Below, piece after piece: positions 10,543 through 22,897 of a DNA stretch of 64,000 nucleotides (position 1 is its first letter; each line of letters begins with the position of its first letter). Origin of the DNA: an uncultured Pseudomonadota bacterium (lineage in GTDB: Bacteria > Pseudomonadota > Alphaproteobacteria > JACZXZ01); the NCBI GenBank assembly GCA_963749075.1, contig CAVVLJ010000016.1:1120001-1184000 (forward strand), in the 5' to 3' direction. The notes beneath the pieces are model-generated. The model saw nothing but the letters and a program-made list of their open reading frames with translations, had not been told where the DNA came from and searched no databases. The position numbers and the translations under genes are program-made.

Positions 10543-10866
10543 GAAGACCTGCTGCCACACGATCCCGTTCGCGGTTCCGGGGAGCGAGGGGAAGGTCGCA
10601 AAGAAAGGCTGGACGAAAGTGCCAGTGGGAGAGCCAGAGATCGTGAGATTTCCTTTGAACGTGGCCGGACCTCCCCAATTGATGCCGACGAGTACGAGGC
10701 AATTGCAGCAGCAGCCCGATTTGAGAGCGGGCGTGAGGTCAACGACATCGTTGAAGGTGGCATTGCCCTCCGTCTTTTTGTCGTAGACGGACACGCAGTT
10801 GAGGAAGGCGGCGAGCTCGTTGTCGGCATTGTTCACAGTCAGCGTGACTTTCGTTGGTGCGGGCAT
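10528..10866 (-). CDS. hypothetical small beta-rich protein with CCCNC motif, 112 aa
   Basis: Coding-like composition with alternating hydrophobic beta pattern; GAGG RBS before ATG 10866; AT-rich promoter-like region at about 11010-11045. Confidence 0.65.
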   Translation of the reverse strand: MPAPTKVTLTVNNADNELAAFLNCVSVYDKKTEGNATFNDVVDLTPALKSGCCCNCLVLVGINWGGPATFKGNLTISGSPTGTFVQPFFATFPSLPGTANGIVWQQVFNIPY

Positions 10867-11285
10867 GTTCTTCCTCGCTCTATGGGTCGACATCCCCCCG
10901 ATGACCGACCCACGGGCGCGCCCTCGGAGTCACCGGTCGGGTCAGTCGTCGGCATCGTGTCATTCGGGTCCGCGGGATGGGCGCCCGGCCGTTTCTTGCT
11001 CTGACCTATGGGTGATAGATCAGAATATAATTACTCTTATAGGTTGCTGATCGCATTGGCGCGCAGCAAAGCGGGAGGCTCGCGCCGGGTCAGCACCACC
11101 GCGAGGCCACGGGCGCGTTTCCCGGCCGCATCGCGGTCGGAGATGCCGCGGACGTCGTCCACGGCGGCTCGATCAAGACGCAGACGATGCGAAAGGCCGG
11201 TGCTAAGGGGCAATCATCGCCCTAGCGGAAACAGCACGGAAGCATTACATACCGGTCGGGCGGAAAATCCTCGCGAGTTGAGACG

Positions 11286-11687
11286 ATGCAAGCAGTCCTC
11301 ATCGTGATCCACATGATCCTCGCGGCGGGGCTCATCGCGGTCGTGCTGCTGCAGCGGAGCGAGGGGGGCGCTCTCGGCATCGGCGGCGGCGGCGGCATGA
11401 GCGGCTTCATGACCGGGCGCGGTGCCTCCAACCTGCTCACCCGCACGACGGCCATCCTCGCCCTCGGCTTCATGCTGACGAGCCTGTCGCTCGCCTGGCT
11501 GGCGGGCCGCGCCCCCGCGCACCGCTCGATTCTCGACCAGCCGCCCGGGCAAAGTACCCCGCAGCAGCCGGCACCCGCCACGGCCGCGACTCCGTCGGTT
11601 CCCGCGGCTCCCGCCGCGCCGGCAACGGGTGCCGCACCCGCGGCACCGGCAACGCCGAAGACGCCGGCCCCGCCCATCGGGCAGTAG
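11286..11687 (+). CDS. secG: preprotein translocase subunit SecG
   Basis: VVLLQRSEGGALG.GGG, NLLTRTTAILA; tpiA-secG-pyrG synteny. Confidence 0.95.
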   Translation: MQAVLIVIHMILAAGLIAVVLLQRSEGGALGIGGGGGMSGFMTGRGASNLLTRTTAILALGFMLTSLSLAWLAGRAPAHRSILDQPPGQSTPQQPAPATAATPSVPAAPAAPATGAAPAAPATPKTPAPPIGQ

Positions 11688-11768
11688 CCCTTTGTCAAGC
11701 GCATAATTTTCGCTGGCGCCCCCTAGGGTGTCTCTTTCACGTTGGCTTGGCGCGCGGGCGCGCTATAA

Positions 11769-13406
<1,638 letters not shown>

Positions 13407-13477
13407 CCGACGCGGCTGCAGTGTTGGATGCGTCGCCTGCCATGGCCTTCGCACCCAGCGCCGAGCAGATTTCCTCA

Positions 13478-13577
13478 TCCTTCGAGACGGGCCTGCGGCC
13501 CTCCTCAGGATGAGGAAATCCGCCATGTGTGGGGTCGCCTCACCCTGAGGAGCGCGCGCAGCGCGCGTCTCGAAGGG
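13478..13577. repeat. palindromic intergenic repeat, copy 2
   Basis: TCCTTCGAGACGGGCCTGCGGCCCTCCTCAGGATGAGG...CCTGAGGAGCGCGCGCAGCGCGCGTCTCGAAGGG. Confidence 0.85.
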
Positions 13578-13620
13578 CGAGGCGACCATGGGCGATGTTG
13601 GTGCCTTGTCCGCCATATAA

Positions 13621-13634
13621 ATTGTGCATACAAT
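13621..13634. promoter_or_regulatory. palindrome ATTGT-GCAT-ACAAT, putative operator of the former brnTA operon
   Basis: 5-bp inverted arms in an AT-rich patch just upstream of the brnT remnant. Confidence 0.4.
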
Positions 13635-13645
13635 AAGTTCGCCTT

Positions 13646-13750
13646 ATCGAGACCGACACTGGGATCCGGGTCATCAGCTTCCGCAAGGCCAATGAAAGAG
13701 AGGCCAGGAGACATGGCAAAGCGCAAACCCTTGACCGACGAGGAGGGTGA
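13646..13750 (+). pseudogene. brnT: C-terminal remnant of a BrnT-family toxin
   Basis: Manual translation IETDTGIRVISFRKANEREARRH resembles the BrnT C-terminal RxISxRxA..RE motif; in-frame TAA at 13634 and no start codon; overlaps the brnA start. Confidence 0.75.
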
Positions 13751-14000
13751 GGTCCGCGAGCTGACGGCGGAGGATTTTCGACGTTTTCGAAGAGCATCCG
13801 ACGCGCTGTCGCCATCCCTTGCGGCGAAACTCGCGACACGCAGGCGCGGAGCGCAAAAGGCGCCGACCAAGGAGCGCATCACCATCAGGCTGTCGCGCGA
13901 TGTGGTGATCGAGTTCCGCGCCACGGGCGAGGGCTGGCAGACGCGCATGGATCGAGCCTTGCGGGACTGGCTCGCCGGGCGCTCTTCGTATAAGTCTTAG
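13713..14000 (+). CDS. brnA: BrnA-family antitoxin, 95 aa
   Basis: VRELTAEDF..F, RG.QKAPTKERITIRLSRDVV..FRATGEGWQTRMDRAL. Confidence 0.88.
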   Translation: MAKRKPLTDEEGEVRELTAEDFRRFRRASDALSPSLAAKLATRRRGAQKAPTKERITIRLSRDVVIEFRATGEGWQTRMDRALRDWLAGRSSYKS

Positions 14001-14032
14001 CGCCTAGGTCTTAACGCCGACCGGACGGACCC

Positions 14033-14875
14033 ATGACCTCTCCCCGCAGCGTCCGCATCGGCGCTCTCGAGATCGCCAACGACCGGCCGCTCACCCTCAT
14101 TGCCGGGCCTTGCGCGCTCGAGTCGCGGGCGCACGCGCTCGAGATGTCCCAGGCGCTCAAGGAGATCGCCACGAAGCTCGGCATCGGCCTCATCTACAAG
14201 ACCTCCTTCGACAAGGCCAACCGCACCTCGATCGAGAGCCCGCGCGGCATGGGGCTCTCGGAGAGCCTGCCCATCCTCGCCGAGGTGCGCGAGAGCCGCG
14301 GCATCCCCGTGCTGACCGACGTGCATGAGCCGCCGCAGTGCGCCATCGTGGCGCAAGCCGCCGACGTGCTGCAGATCCCCGCCTATCTCTGCCGGCAGAC
14401 CGATCTCCTCATAGCCGCCGCGCGCACCGGCCGCGCCATCAACGTGAAGAAGGGCCAGTTCCTCGCCCCCTGGGACATGGCGAACGTCGCCGCCAAGATC
14501 ACCCGCGAGGGCAACTACGACCTGCTGCTCACCGAGCGCGGCGCCTCGTTCGGCTACAACACCCTCGTCTCCGACATGAGGGCACTGCCCATCATGGCCG
14601 AGACCGGTTTCCCCGTGGTCTTCGACGCCACCCATTCGGTGCAGCAGCCGGGCGGGCAGGGGACGAAGAGCGGCGGCCAGCGCGAGTTCGTGGCTACCCT
14701 CGCGCGCGCCGCGGTCGCGGTCGGTGTCGCCGCCGTCTTCATGGAGACGCACCAGGACCCCGACAAGGCGCCGTCCGACGGCCCCAATATGATCAAGCTC
14801 AAGGACTTGCCGGAACTTCTTGCGACGCTCCTCGAGCTCGACCGCATCGTCAAGGCGAAGCCGGCCGCCGTCTAG
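14033..14875 (+). CDS. kdsA: 3-deoxy-8-phosphooctulonate (KDO8P) synthase
   Basis: [57 protein letters not shown]. Confidence 0.97.
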   Translation: MTSPRSVRIGALEIANDRPLTLIAGPCALESRAHALEMSQALKEIATKLGIGLIYKTSFDKANRTSIESPRGMGLSESLPILAEVRESRGIPVLTDVHEPPQCAIVAQAADVLQIPAYLCRQTDLLIAAARTGRAINVKKGQFLAPWDMANVAAKITREGNYDLLLTERGASFGYNTLVSDMRALPIMAETGFPVVFDATHSVQQPGGQGTKSGGQREFVATLARAAVAVGVAAVFMETHQDPDKAPSDGPNMIKLKDLPELLATLLELDRIVKAKPAAV

Positions 14876-14957
14876 ACTGAACTTTGCCCAGGCTCGCCGT
14901 GGCTCCTCCCGAGCAAGCGGTTCACGTGACTCGGCTTTTTTGAGCAAAGTTCAGTCT
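14874..14957. mobile_element. 84-bp MITE-like element with 14-bp perfect terminal inverted repeats
   Basis: AGACTGAACTTTGC (14874-14887) / GCAAAGTTCAGTCT (14944-14957); at the kdsA stop and left edge of the pilus island. Confidence 0.5.
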
Positions 14958-15490
14958 GAGGCAGGAGACAATGAAGCGCTGTCTGGGCGATGCCCATGCC
15001 GCCGAGCATTGCTGCCTCATCATTCCCCGCGGCGAGGCGATCAGCGCCTTCGTCCCCTTCGACGGCGCTTTAGAGGGCTCCCGGTGCGTCGCAACGGAGC
15101 GGATCTTCGGCCACGGCAACCGTGTGCACCGCAGCGGGCATGTCCTCAATATCCGCGAGCGGTGCCACCGACGGCATTTCGTCAAGGCGACCGTCCAATA
15201 TCCCGACGGAACCCCGGCCATCTCTCATGCCCGCGCTGGTGCGCCGGCCATCGTTACGACAGCACCATCAATAAACCGTAAGAGAAAACAAAATCCCCGG
15301 CCTCGCTTCGCTGGGAAACCGTCAGACGAGTTGCGGATAATGCTACGCGTTCCTTACGACCTCATAGGGCTCGCCAAAGCAGTAGCGGACATATTTTAGG
15401 TGGCGCCGACAAAGAATCCTTTTTCACTTGCACTTCTAGTTGTGGTGAAATACTGTTGCGCGCGCTCCCTTATTTTGCGGGGCCGTGCTC

Positions 15491-15991
15491 ATGAGATATA
15501 TCGCTCTTGCCTGCGCCGCTGCGATATTGCTCCTTACCGACGGCAGTCTGTCGGTCCCTCTCGCCGTCGCCGCGCCGATGGGACAGGTGACGATTACCGG
15601 CAATGTGCCGATCGCTTGCGATATTGAGGTGCAGCAGGACTCGGGTGCCACCAATATTCCCGATATCTCGGCCGGCGACACCAACCGCCAGGTCGCGACG
15701 ATCACCGAAACTTGCAACAGCCCCGACGGCTATACCGTCACCGTCGTAGGCACCAACTCGGGCGATCATGCCGGCCTGTTCGTCGATATCGTCAGCGGGG
15801 ATTCGCATCCATTCACCATCCGGTACAACGGCAATTCGGTTCCGCCCGGCGGTCTTGTAACGGACAACACCGCGCCGGCCTTCAACGTGCAGAAGATCGT
15901 CGATATCACCTATGCGGCGGATGACACGCTGACCGGCACCGTGGCGGCCACATATGAAGAGACGCTCATCTTCACCATGTTGGCCAAGTAG
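15491..15991 (+). CDS. chaperone-usher pilus major subunit (putative)
   Basis: Signal peptide, VTITGNVPIACDI, second Cys in ETCNS..GYTV, C-terminal TYEETLIFTM strand; first gene of the CU cluster. Confidence 0.75.
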   Translation: MRYIALACAAAILLLTDGSLSVPLAVAAPMGQVTITGNVPIACDIEVQQDSGATNIPDISAGDTNRQVATITETCNSPDGYTVTVVGTNSGDHAGLFVDIVSGDSHPFTIRYNGNSVPPGGLVTDNTAPAFNVQKIVDITYAADDTLTGTVAATYEETLIFTMLAK

Positions 15992-15999
15992 GTGCACAC

Positions 16000-16749
16000 A
16001 TGCGTGTCCCCCTGTTCGTCGCTTTTGTCCTGATCCTTTGCGTCGCAATCGAGCACGACGCTCGCGCTCTTCTATTCTCGCCGTTCCGGGCGAGGTTCGA
16101 ACCGTCCGGCGACGCTGCAAACCAGCTCTTCACGGTCGAGAACAATACCGAACAAGCCGCTTCCGTGCAGATTCGCATCACGACGCGCGAGATTGACGTC
16201 GATGGCGGCGAGCAAGACGTCGATGACGAGAAGGACTTCGTGATTTACCCCGCCCAACTCATACTGCAACCGCATGCCACCCGCGCGGTTCGCGTGCAAT
16301 GGGTGGGAAACCCGAATCTCAAGGAGGAGCGGCCGTATCGCATCATCGCCGAGCAGCTGCCGGTCAACCTCGACAAGGAGAGACCCAAGACCAGCGGCGT
16401 CAAGTTTCTCGTCTCCTACCACGGCGCGCTGTTCGTCACGCCCCCGGGCCTCGCAAGCGACGTAACTCTCGACTTTGCCGGCCAGACGCATGATGCCGCG
16501 GGCAAAAAACTGCTGGACGTCGTGCTGCACAATCGCGGCACACAGCACGCCCTGCTCCGCGATCTGAAACTCGCCGTGAAGGACGACAAGGGCAATACGG
16601 TCACCCTCGCAGGCGAAGAAGAGCTCAAGGGCGTCACCGGGGAAACCATCCTCGCCGGACATCGACGGCAATTCTTGATCCCATGGCCCAACGGGCTCGC
16701 CGGCACGCCAAGGCATATCGACATCACGTTCGACAGGCAGGCATTCTGA
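16000..16749 (+). CDS. PapD-like periplasmic pilus chaperone
   Basis: Signal peptide, FTVENNT, DFVIYPAQLILQP...VRVQW, ERPYRIIAEQLP, LFVTP, HNRGTQH. Confidence 0.88.
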   Translation: MRVPLFVAFVLILCVAIEHDARALLFSPFRARFEPSGDAANQLFTVENNTEQAASVQIRITTREIDVDGGEQDVDDEKDFVIYPAQLILQPHATRAVRVQWVGNPNLKEERPYRIIAEQLPVNLDKERPKTSGVKFLVSYHGALFVTPPGLASDVTLDFAGQTHDAAGKKLLDVVLHNRGTQHALLRDLKLAVKDDKGNTVTLAGEEELKGVTGETILAGHRRQFLIPWPNGLAGTPRHIDITFDRQAF

Positions 16750-16752
16750 GAG

Positions 16753-19398
16753 ATGTCCGAGCGGGGCACCGCAAGGATAACAAAATATGCCCTGACCTCA
16801 CTGATGCTCTATAGCCTGCTCTGCACGGAGGGCATCGCGGCCAACTTTTCGCCTGAGAATGCGGTGCCGATTTCCCTCCCGCTTTATCTCGATAAGCGCC
16901 CCTTGGGCACGGTTCAGATGCTCATGATGCCGGACCCGCAGGCGAGTTATGTCCAGGTCGGCCCCCTCTTGGCGATGCTCAAAAATCTGGTGCCGGCGGA
17001 CCGGCTGAAGGCCTTGCTTGCCGCCGCCACGCGCGGCTTCCTCAATCTGAAAGACGGCGCCAAGGGGGGCGTGGAGCTGCACTTCGACGAGCGCCTGGCC
17101 GCTCTCGTCGTTACGATACCGTCGGAAAGCAAAATGCGTCGGTCGCTGACGTTGCGCGGGAGTTCCACCGCGTCCAACAAGACGATCACGGCGCCAAGTC
17201 CCGTCTCGGCCTATCTGAATGTCTTCGGCGCACAGGACTTCGTGGATAGCGGCCTGCCCGCGCAAGACATGGGGCGGCAACCCTTCCGGACGAGCGTCGA
17301 CGGCGCGCTGAACATGAGCGGTTGGGTGCTGGAGAGCAGCGGCAATTATCTCGAGGGCGACCCGCATTCGTGGCAACGCAATGACACGCGACTGGTGCAT
17401 GACCTGCCGGACAGCATGATGCGCACGGCCATGGGCGATCTCTCCTATCCGATCGAGGGTTTCCAGAGCTTTCAGCCCATGCTCGGCCTGACGCTGGCGC
17501 GCGATTTCGACTTGCAGCCCTACCGTGTCTCCGAGCCGACCGGCCAGACATCCTTCTTCCTCAATTCGCCGTCGCGCGTGGACATCTATGTCAACGACCG
17601 AAAGGTGCAAACCCTGCAGCTGAACTCCGGCCCTTACAACATCTCCGAATTTCCGGTCGTCAACGGCAGCAACAACGTCAAACTGGTCATCACCGATGCT
17701 ACCGGGCGCGTGGAAATCAAGGACGTCGATATCGTCAGCGACTCCAATCTGCTCGCCGCCGGCCTGGGCCAATTCGCCTACAACGTCGGTTTTGTTTCCA
17801 GCACAGCGGACCGCCAGCAGCACTACGATTTCGGTCAACCGGTCCTTTCGGTCTTTCACCGTTATGGCTTCACGGACAGCCTGACGTTGGGCGCCAACAT
17901 GCAGGCTGACGTCAGCCAGCAGATGGCCGGATTCGATACCACCATGGGCACCGCCTGGGGCGTCCTGCGCACCGATCTGGGCGGCAGCCATCTTGGAAGC
18001 GGCAAAAACGGCGTCGCCTGGCAAATTCAATACCAGATCGTCGATCGCGGAGATGTCGGAGCCGATCTGAGCTTCGATGGAACGAAGAATTTCACCATGC
18101 TCGCCGATTATCGCAGCAGAAACTTCGCGCCGCTCGGGCTTTTGCTGCCGGACAATACGTCGTCCTACCAGGTGACTGCACGCTACAGCCAGCAATTGTC
18201 GCCAACAGTGAATGCCGGCGTTGGCACCAGCTACGAGGTCGGCCGCAGCGGGCAGCGCGACGACTCCGACTACACCCTCTCGCTGGACAAGCAGTTTTCC
18301 GCCGGCATCCACGTCAATGTCACTCTCGAACGCCGTACCGTCGGCGGCTATGGCGTTTTCGCGAATCTGAGCTGGACGCCCTGGAATTCGCGCCACTCGG
18401 TCAACAGCAGCTACGACAGCTTCAGCAAGACGGCCCGGGTCGACTGGGACTACGCGCAGGAGAACCAGTCGGACAGCCTCAGCGCCTCCGCCGGCGCCGT
18501 GCGCACGGAAGACCGCTACGACGCCAGCGGCAGCATTACTTACTACGGCGAGCGCGGCCAGGCCTCGGCTAGCCACGATGTCGTCACGCCGTACGGAAGC
18601 GGCAATGGCCAGTTGAGCGCGATCGAATCCGTGACCGAGCTTCGCTTCGCCTCGGCGATCGTCTATAGCGGCGGCCATGTGGCGCTGTCGCGCCCGGTCC
18701 GCGATAGCTTCGCGATCTTCGCGCCCGATCCGTCGATCGAGGATTATCCGATCGGCATCAATCCGCAACTCCGCCCGGGCGGCGAGCGCGGCTACGAAGC
18801 CGCGACAGATGGCTGGGGGCCGGCCGTGCTGCCGGACCTGACGCCCTATCTCTACCGCACGGTTCGGGTGGACGCGAGCAAGCTGCCGCCCGGGTACGAC
18901 GCCGGCGACAGCACCTACACCTTCTTTCCCACTTACCGCAGCGGCACCTTCGTGCGGCTCGGCAGCGATGCTAACGTGCTGCTCGACGGCACGCTGCAAT
19001 ACATGGACAGGACGCCCGTGGCGCTGCAGGCGGGAACGGTCAGCCTTGCGGGGAAGGGAGAGGCCGTTCCCGAAGCCTTCTTCACCAACCGCGCCGGCCG
19101 CTTCCGCATCGAGAAGCTGAAACCGGGTCGGTACGTGCTCGAGCTCTATAGCTTCCCCGGCATTGTCCTTCCTCTCATCGTGCCCGAAGGTGCGGCGGGA
19201 CCGACTGAGGCGGGCATATTGACGCTACCGGTGACATCCGACGGAAATAAGCGCGTCATATCGGCTTCCCCATCGAAACGCGGAACGCCGCCCGTGCCGG
19301 CGGCAAGTCCGGTACCGGCACTTGGCCCTGTGCCTCGCCATGAAAGCGTACCCTTGTCCGCACCTGATCCATCTGAACGGGAGGAAAGCGGCCCATGA
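16753..19398 (+). CDS. outer membrane usher protein
   Basis: 881 aa; PSRVDIYVND...LNSGPYNI, ITDATGR, LLAAG..QFAYNVG, HRYGFTDSLTLG, FFTNRAGRF. Confidence 0.9.
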   Translation: MSERGTARITKYALTSLMLYSLLCTEGIAANFSPENAVPISLPLYLDKRPLGTVQMLMMPDPQASYVQVGPLLAMLKNLVPADRLKALLAAATRGFLNLKDGAKGGVELHFDERLAALVVTIPSESKMRRSLTLRGSSTASNKTITAPSPVSAYLNVFGAQDFVDSGLPAQDMGRQPFRTSVDGALNMSGWVLESSGNYLEGDPHSWQRNDTRLVHDLPDSMMRTAMGDLSYPIEGFQSFQPMLGLTLARDFDLQPYRVSEPTGQTSFFLNSPSRVDIYVNDRKVQTLQLNSGPYNISEFPVVNGSNNVKLVITDATGRVEIKDVDIVSDSNLLAAGLGQFAYNVGFVSSTADRQQHYDFGQPVLSVFHRYGFTDSLTLGANMQADVSQQMAGFDTTMGTAWGVLRTDLGGSHLGSGKNGVAWQIQYQIVDRGDVGADLSFDGTKNFTMLADYRSRNFAPLGLLLPDNTSSYQVTARYSQQLSPTVNAGVGTSYEVGRSGQRDDSDYTLSLDKQFSAGIHVNVTLERRTVGGYGVFANLSWTPWNSRHSVNSSYDSFSKTARVDWDYAQENQSDSLSASAGAVRTEDRYDASGSITYYGERGQASASHDVVTPYGSGNGQLSAIESVTELRFASAIVYSGGHVALSRPVRDSFAIFAPDPSIEDYPIGINPQLRPGGERGYEAATDGWGPAVLPDLTPYLYRTVRVDASKLPPGYDAGDSTYTFFPTYRSGTFVRLGSDANVLLDGTLQYMDRTPVALQAGTVSLAGKGEAVPEAFFTNRAGRFRIEKLKPGRYVLELYSFPGIVLPLIVPEGAAGPTEAGILTLPVTSDGNKRVISASPSKRGTPPVPAASPVPALGPVPRHESVPLSAPDPSEREESGP

Positions 19399-20360
19399 AA
19401 TTCTGGGCCGTTCTCTTTCTCTGGCTTTTCCTCCCGCAGCGAGTGGAGGCGGTATGCGTCAACTTGTCTTTCGGCACCGTACCGTCGGTCGCCATGTTCG
19501 AGGGCGGCAGCGGCGGCTATTCCGTCTACGATCCGGAGGAATACCTTCAGACCGTCGGCTTTCAGGTGCGCGGCGAGGCCTCCGGCGCGACCTGCGAATA
19601 TTTCGTGACGCTGAGTGAGGGACGGTCGGGCAATTTCGACCAGCGCAAGCTATCGGAGATGATCAACACGCTCGACTACAACGCCTACATTAATGCCGGC
19701 AAGAGCAATATCCTCAAGGCGCCGCCGACCGCAACGCAAAGCGAAGTCATTTCGGGAAGCTTTCCCCTGCAACTTTCATTCATGCAGACGAACGCCCATG
19801 AATTCTTCTGGACAATCACGCCCCAACAGGTGGCTCCCGCTTCCGGCCTGCTTTATGCCGACAACAATCTGACGCTCAGCCTCTATAGCGGTCTGCTGCT
19901 TTTCGCCCCGACGCTGGTCGCTACGAAAACTATTACCCTGCAGACGCGCGTGGACAGCAGCGTCGATGTCTCCTTGGTCGAATCCGGGGCACCCTTCGAT
20001 ATCAGCGAGACGACGCAACTGGTGGATTTCGGCACGCTCGAGAGCGGCGAGCAGCGCGGCTTTAACGTCGTAGTGCGCAGCAACAACGGCTATGTCGTGA
20101 CGATGCAATCGCAGAATCATCAGCTGCTGGTCCATTCGCGGGCTCCAGCGGTCCCCGATACCGTCGCCTACAGCGTCGTCTTCAACGGCGGCGGCGTCGA
20201 TCTTTCGACCGGAGCGCCCGTGCAGATCGTCAGCGGCACCGGCACCACGCCCGCGACCGGCACGGCCTATCCCATCGAATTCGTCGTCGGTACATTATCC
20301 GGCACTGAGGCCGCCGGCACTTATTCCGACATCATCGATGTCGAAGTCACGGCTAATTGA
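19395..20360 (+). CDS. two-domain pilus tip/minor subunit (SCPU/Csu-like)
   Basis: Signal peptide, two Ig-like halves, VDFGTL, VRSNNGY, C-terminal AGTYSDIIDVEV; ATGA overlap with the usher. Confidence 0.75.
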   Translation: MKFWAVLFLWLFLPQRVEAVCVNLSFGTVPSVAMFEGGSGGYSVYDPEEYLQTVGFQVRGEASGATCEYFVTLSEGRSGNFDQRKLSEMINTLDYNAYINAGKSNILKAPPTATQSEVISGSFPLQLSFMQTNAHEFFWTITPQQVAPASGLLYADNNLTLSLYSGLLLFAPTLVATKTITLQTRVDSSVDVSLVESGAPFDISETTQLVDFGTLESGEQRGFNVVVRSNNGYVVTMQSQNHQLLVHSRAPAVPDTVAYSVVFNGGGVDLSTGAPVQIVSGTGTTPATGTAYPIEFVVGTLSGTEAAGTYSDIIDVEVTAN

Positions 20361-20656
20361 GGGAGGGGGCTCCAGGAAAGCCAAGTCCCGCCGCATGTTT
20401 GGCCGCACGCCGAGGACGCTTGGAGCGTTCGAGCACCCAGCCGCGGTGGCGTGGCGACTTGACCATGGACATCGGGCAGCAGTGCGGCCATCATTCCGAG
20501 GTGGATAGGCGCGCTCATCTCCGTATATCGCCGCGGTCCGCGGCGGGCCCGGCTCATCGCGGCGTCTTGGGTGAGAGATGCCGCATGTATTCCTGAGCCA
20601 ACTCGCACGGTCGTCCCGCCCATGAGAGAAGTCCGCCCGGTCCGACGGACGCCTAG

Positions 20657-21949
<1,293 letters not shown>

Positions 21950-22130
21950 AGACGCCCGCGACTCGACGGTGCGCGCCGCCGCGGGGAACCTGTTTCCGCC
22001 GCCGCCGGCCGCCGCTAAGCATGGCTTGGCATGCGAAACGCGGGAGATTTTGCCCTGCGCGCGCGCAAAACGCGCGCTTTCGCGACTTGCCTATTGACCG
22101 GCTCGGAGCATCTGTGATTCGATTTCGGCC

Positions 22131-22460
22131 ATGAGCCTCGCGCGCGAGATCACCCGGCGGCTGCCCAACATCTCGGCCCAGCTCGTGCTGGCCTGCGTCG
22201 TATTCTATTTCGCCTACCACGCCGTCGAGGGCGACCGCGGCCTCAACGCCTGGTGGCGGCTCAGCCACAAGATCGAGCTCTCCGAGGCGACGCTCGCCGC
22301 ACTCGACAGCCAGCGCGACAGCCTCGAGGACCGCGTAGCAATCCTGCGCCCGCAGAGCCTCGACCCCGACATGCTCGAGGAGCGCGCGCGCGTGCTGCTC
22401 AACTTCGGCCGGCCCGACGAGATCGTCATCCTCTGGCCCAAGGGGCGGGAGAAGGAGTAG
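22131..22460 (+). CDS. ftsB: septum formation initiator FtsB/DivIC
   Basis: TM ..YFAYHAVEGDRGL, coiled coil, SLDPDMLEERAR..L; downstream of eno. Confidence 0.9.
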   Translation: MSLAREITRRLPNISAQLVLACVVFYFAYHAVEGDRGLNAWWRLSHKIELSEATLAALDSQRDSLEDRVAILRPQSLDPDMLEERARVLLNFGRPDEIVILWPKGREKE

Positions 22461-22499
22461 GGGGCGTCAGGCCACAGGACCTACCTGGGTCTTGCTGAG

Positions 22500-22518
22500 C
22501 ATAACTTACCGTGTTATG
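22500..22518. promoter_or_regulatory. palindrome CATAAC-N7-GTTATG, putative autoregulatory operator
   Basis: Perfect 6-bp arms ending 7 bp before ATG 22526; no Shine-Dalgarno, so possibly leaderless. Confidence 0.5.
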
Positions 22519-22525
22519 TTATCGT

Positions 22526-22897
22526 ATGGATGAAGGCGAGCTTGAGCCGCTGCTTGCCTTGGATGGCGCTGAATTCGAGATGGCCCCTGGGGCCGTCGTC
22601 GAATTCACCGTCCGGCGCACCGAGCCAACGGCAGAGCGCCCGCACGGGATCAGCTATGCCCTCGTCTTGCGTCCGAAGCGCGGCGGCGCGCCCTGGGTGC
22701 GATTTGATAATGCGCACGCAGTTCGACCGCCGGGCCGAGGCTACAAGCGAAAACGTGCAGCCTTTGACCACTGGCACCGCACAGCGAAGGACAAAGGCCA
22801 ACCTTACGACTTCGCAACGGCCATTCAGTTGCTCGAAGATTTCTGGCTGGAGGTGAAAAGGACGCTCGATGAAAAAGGCATCCCCAACGACCTATAA
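22526..22897 (+). CDS. DUF6516/TumE-like putative toxin
   Basis: RPHGISYALVL, VRFDNAH, FDHWH, PYDF....LLEDFW.EV. Confidence 0.8.
   Translation: MDEGELEPLLALDGAEFEMAPGAVVEFTVRRTEPTAERPHGISYALVLRPKRGGAPWVRFDNAHAVRPPGRGYKRKRAAFDHWHRTAKDKGQPYDFATAIQLLEDFWLEVKRTLDEKGIPNDL

Noticed and set aside
13428-13712. Long N-terminal extension of BrnA in the ORF track
   Set aside because: It runs through the repeat element and the brnT scar; the BrnA-like sequence starts at ATG 13713 after AGGAG.
14960-15480. ORFs 14971-15399 (+) and 14922-15221 (-) left of the pilus genes
   Set aside because: No recognisable motifs in the frames examined; probably decayed DNA plus promoter, so not called.
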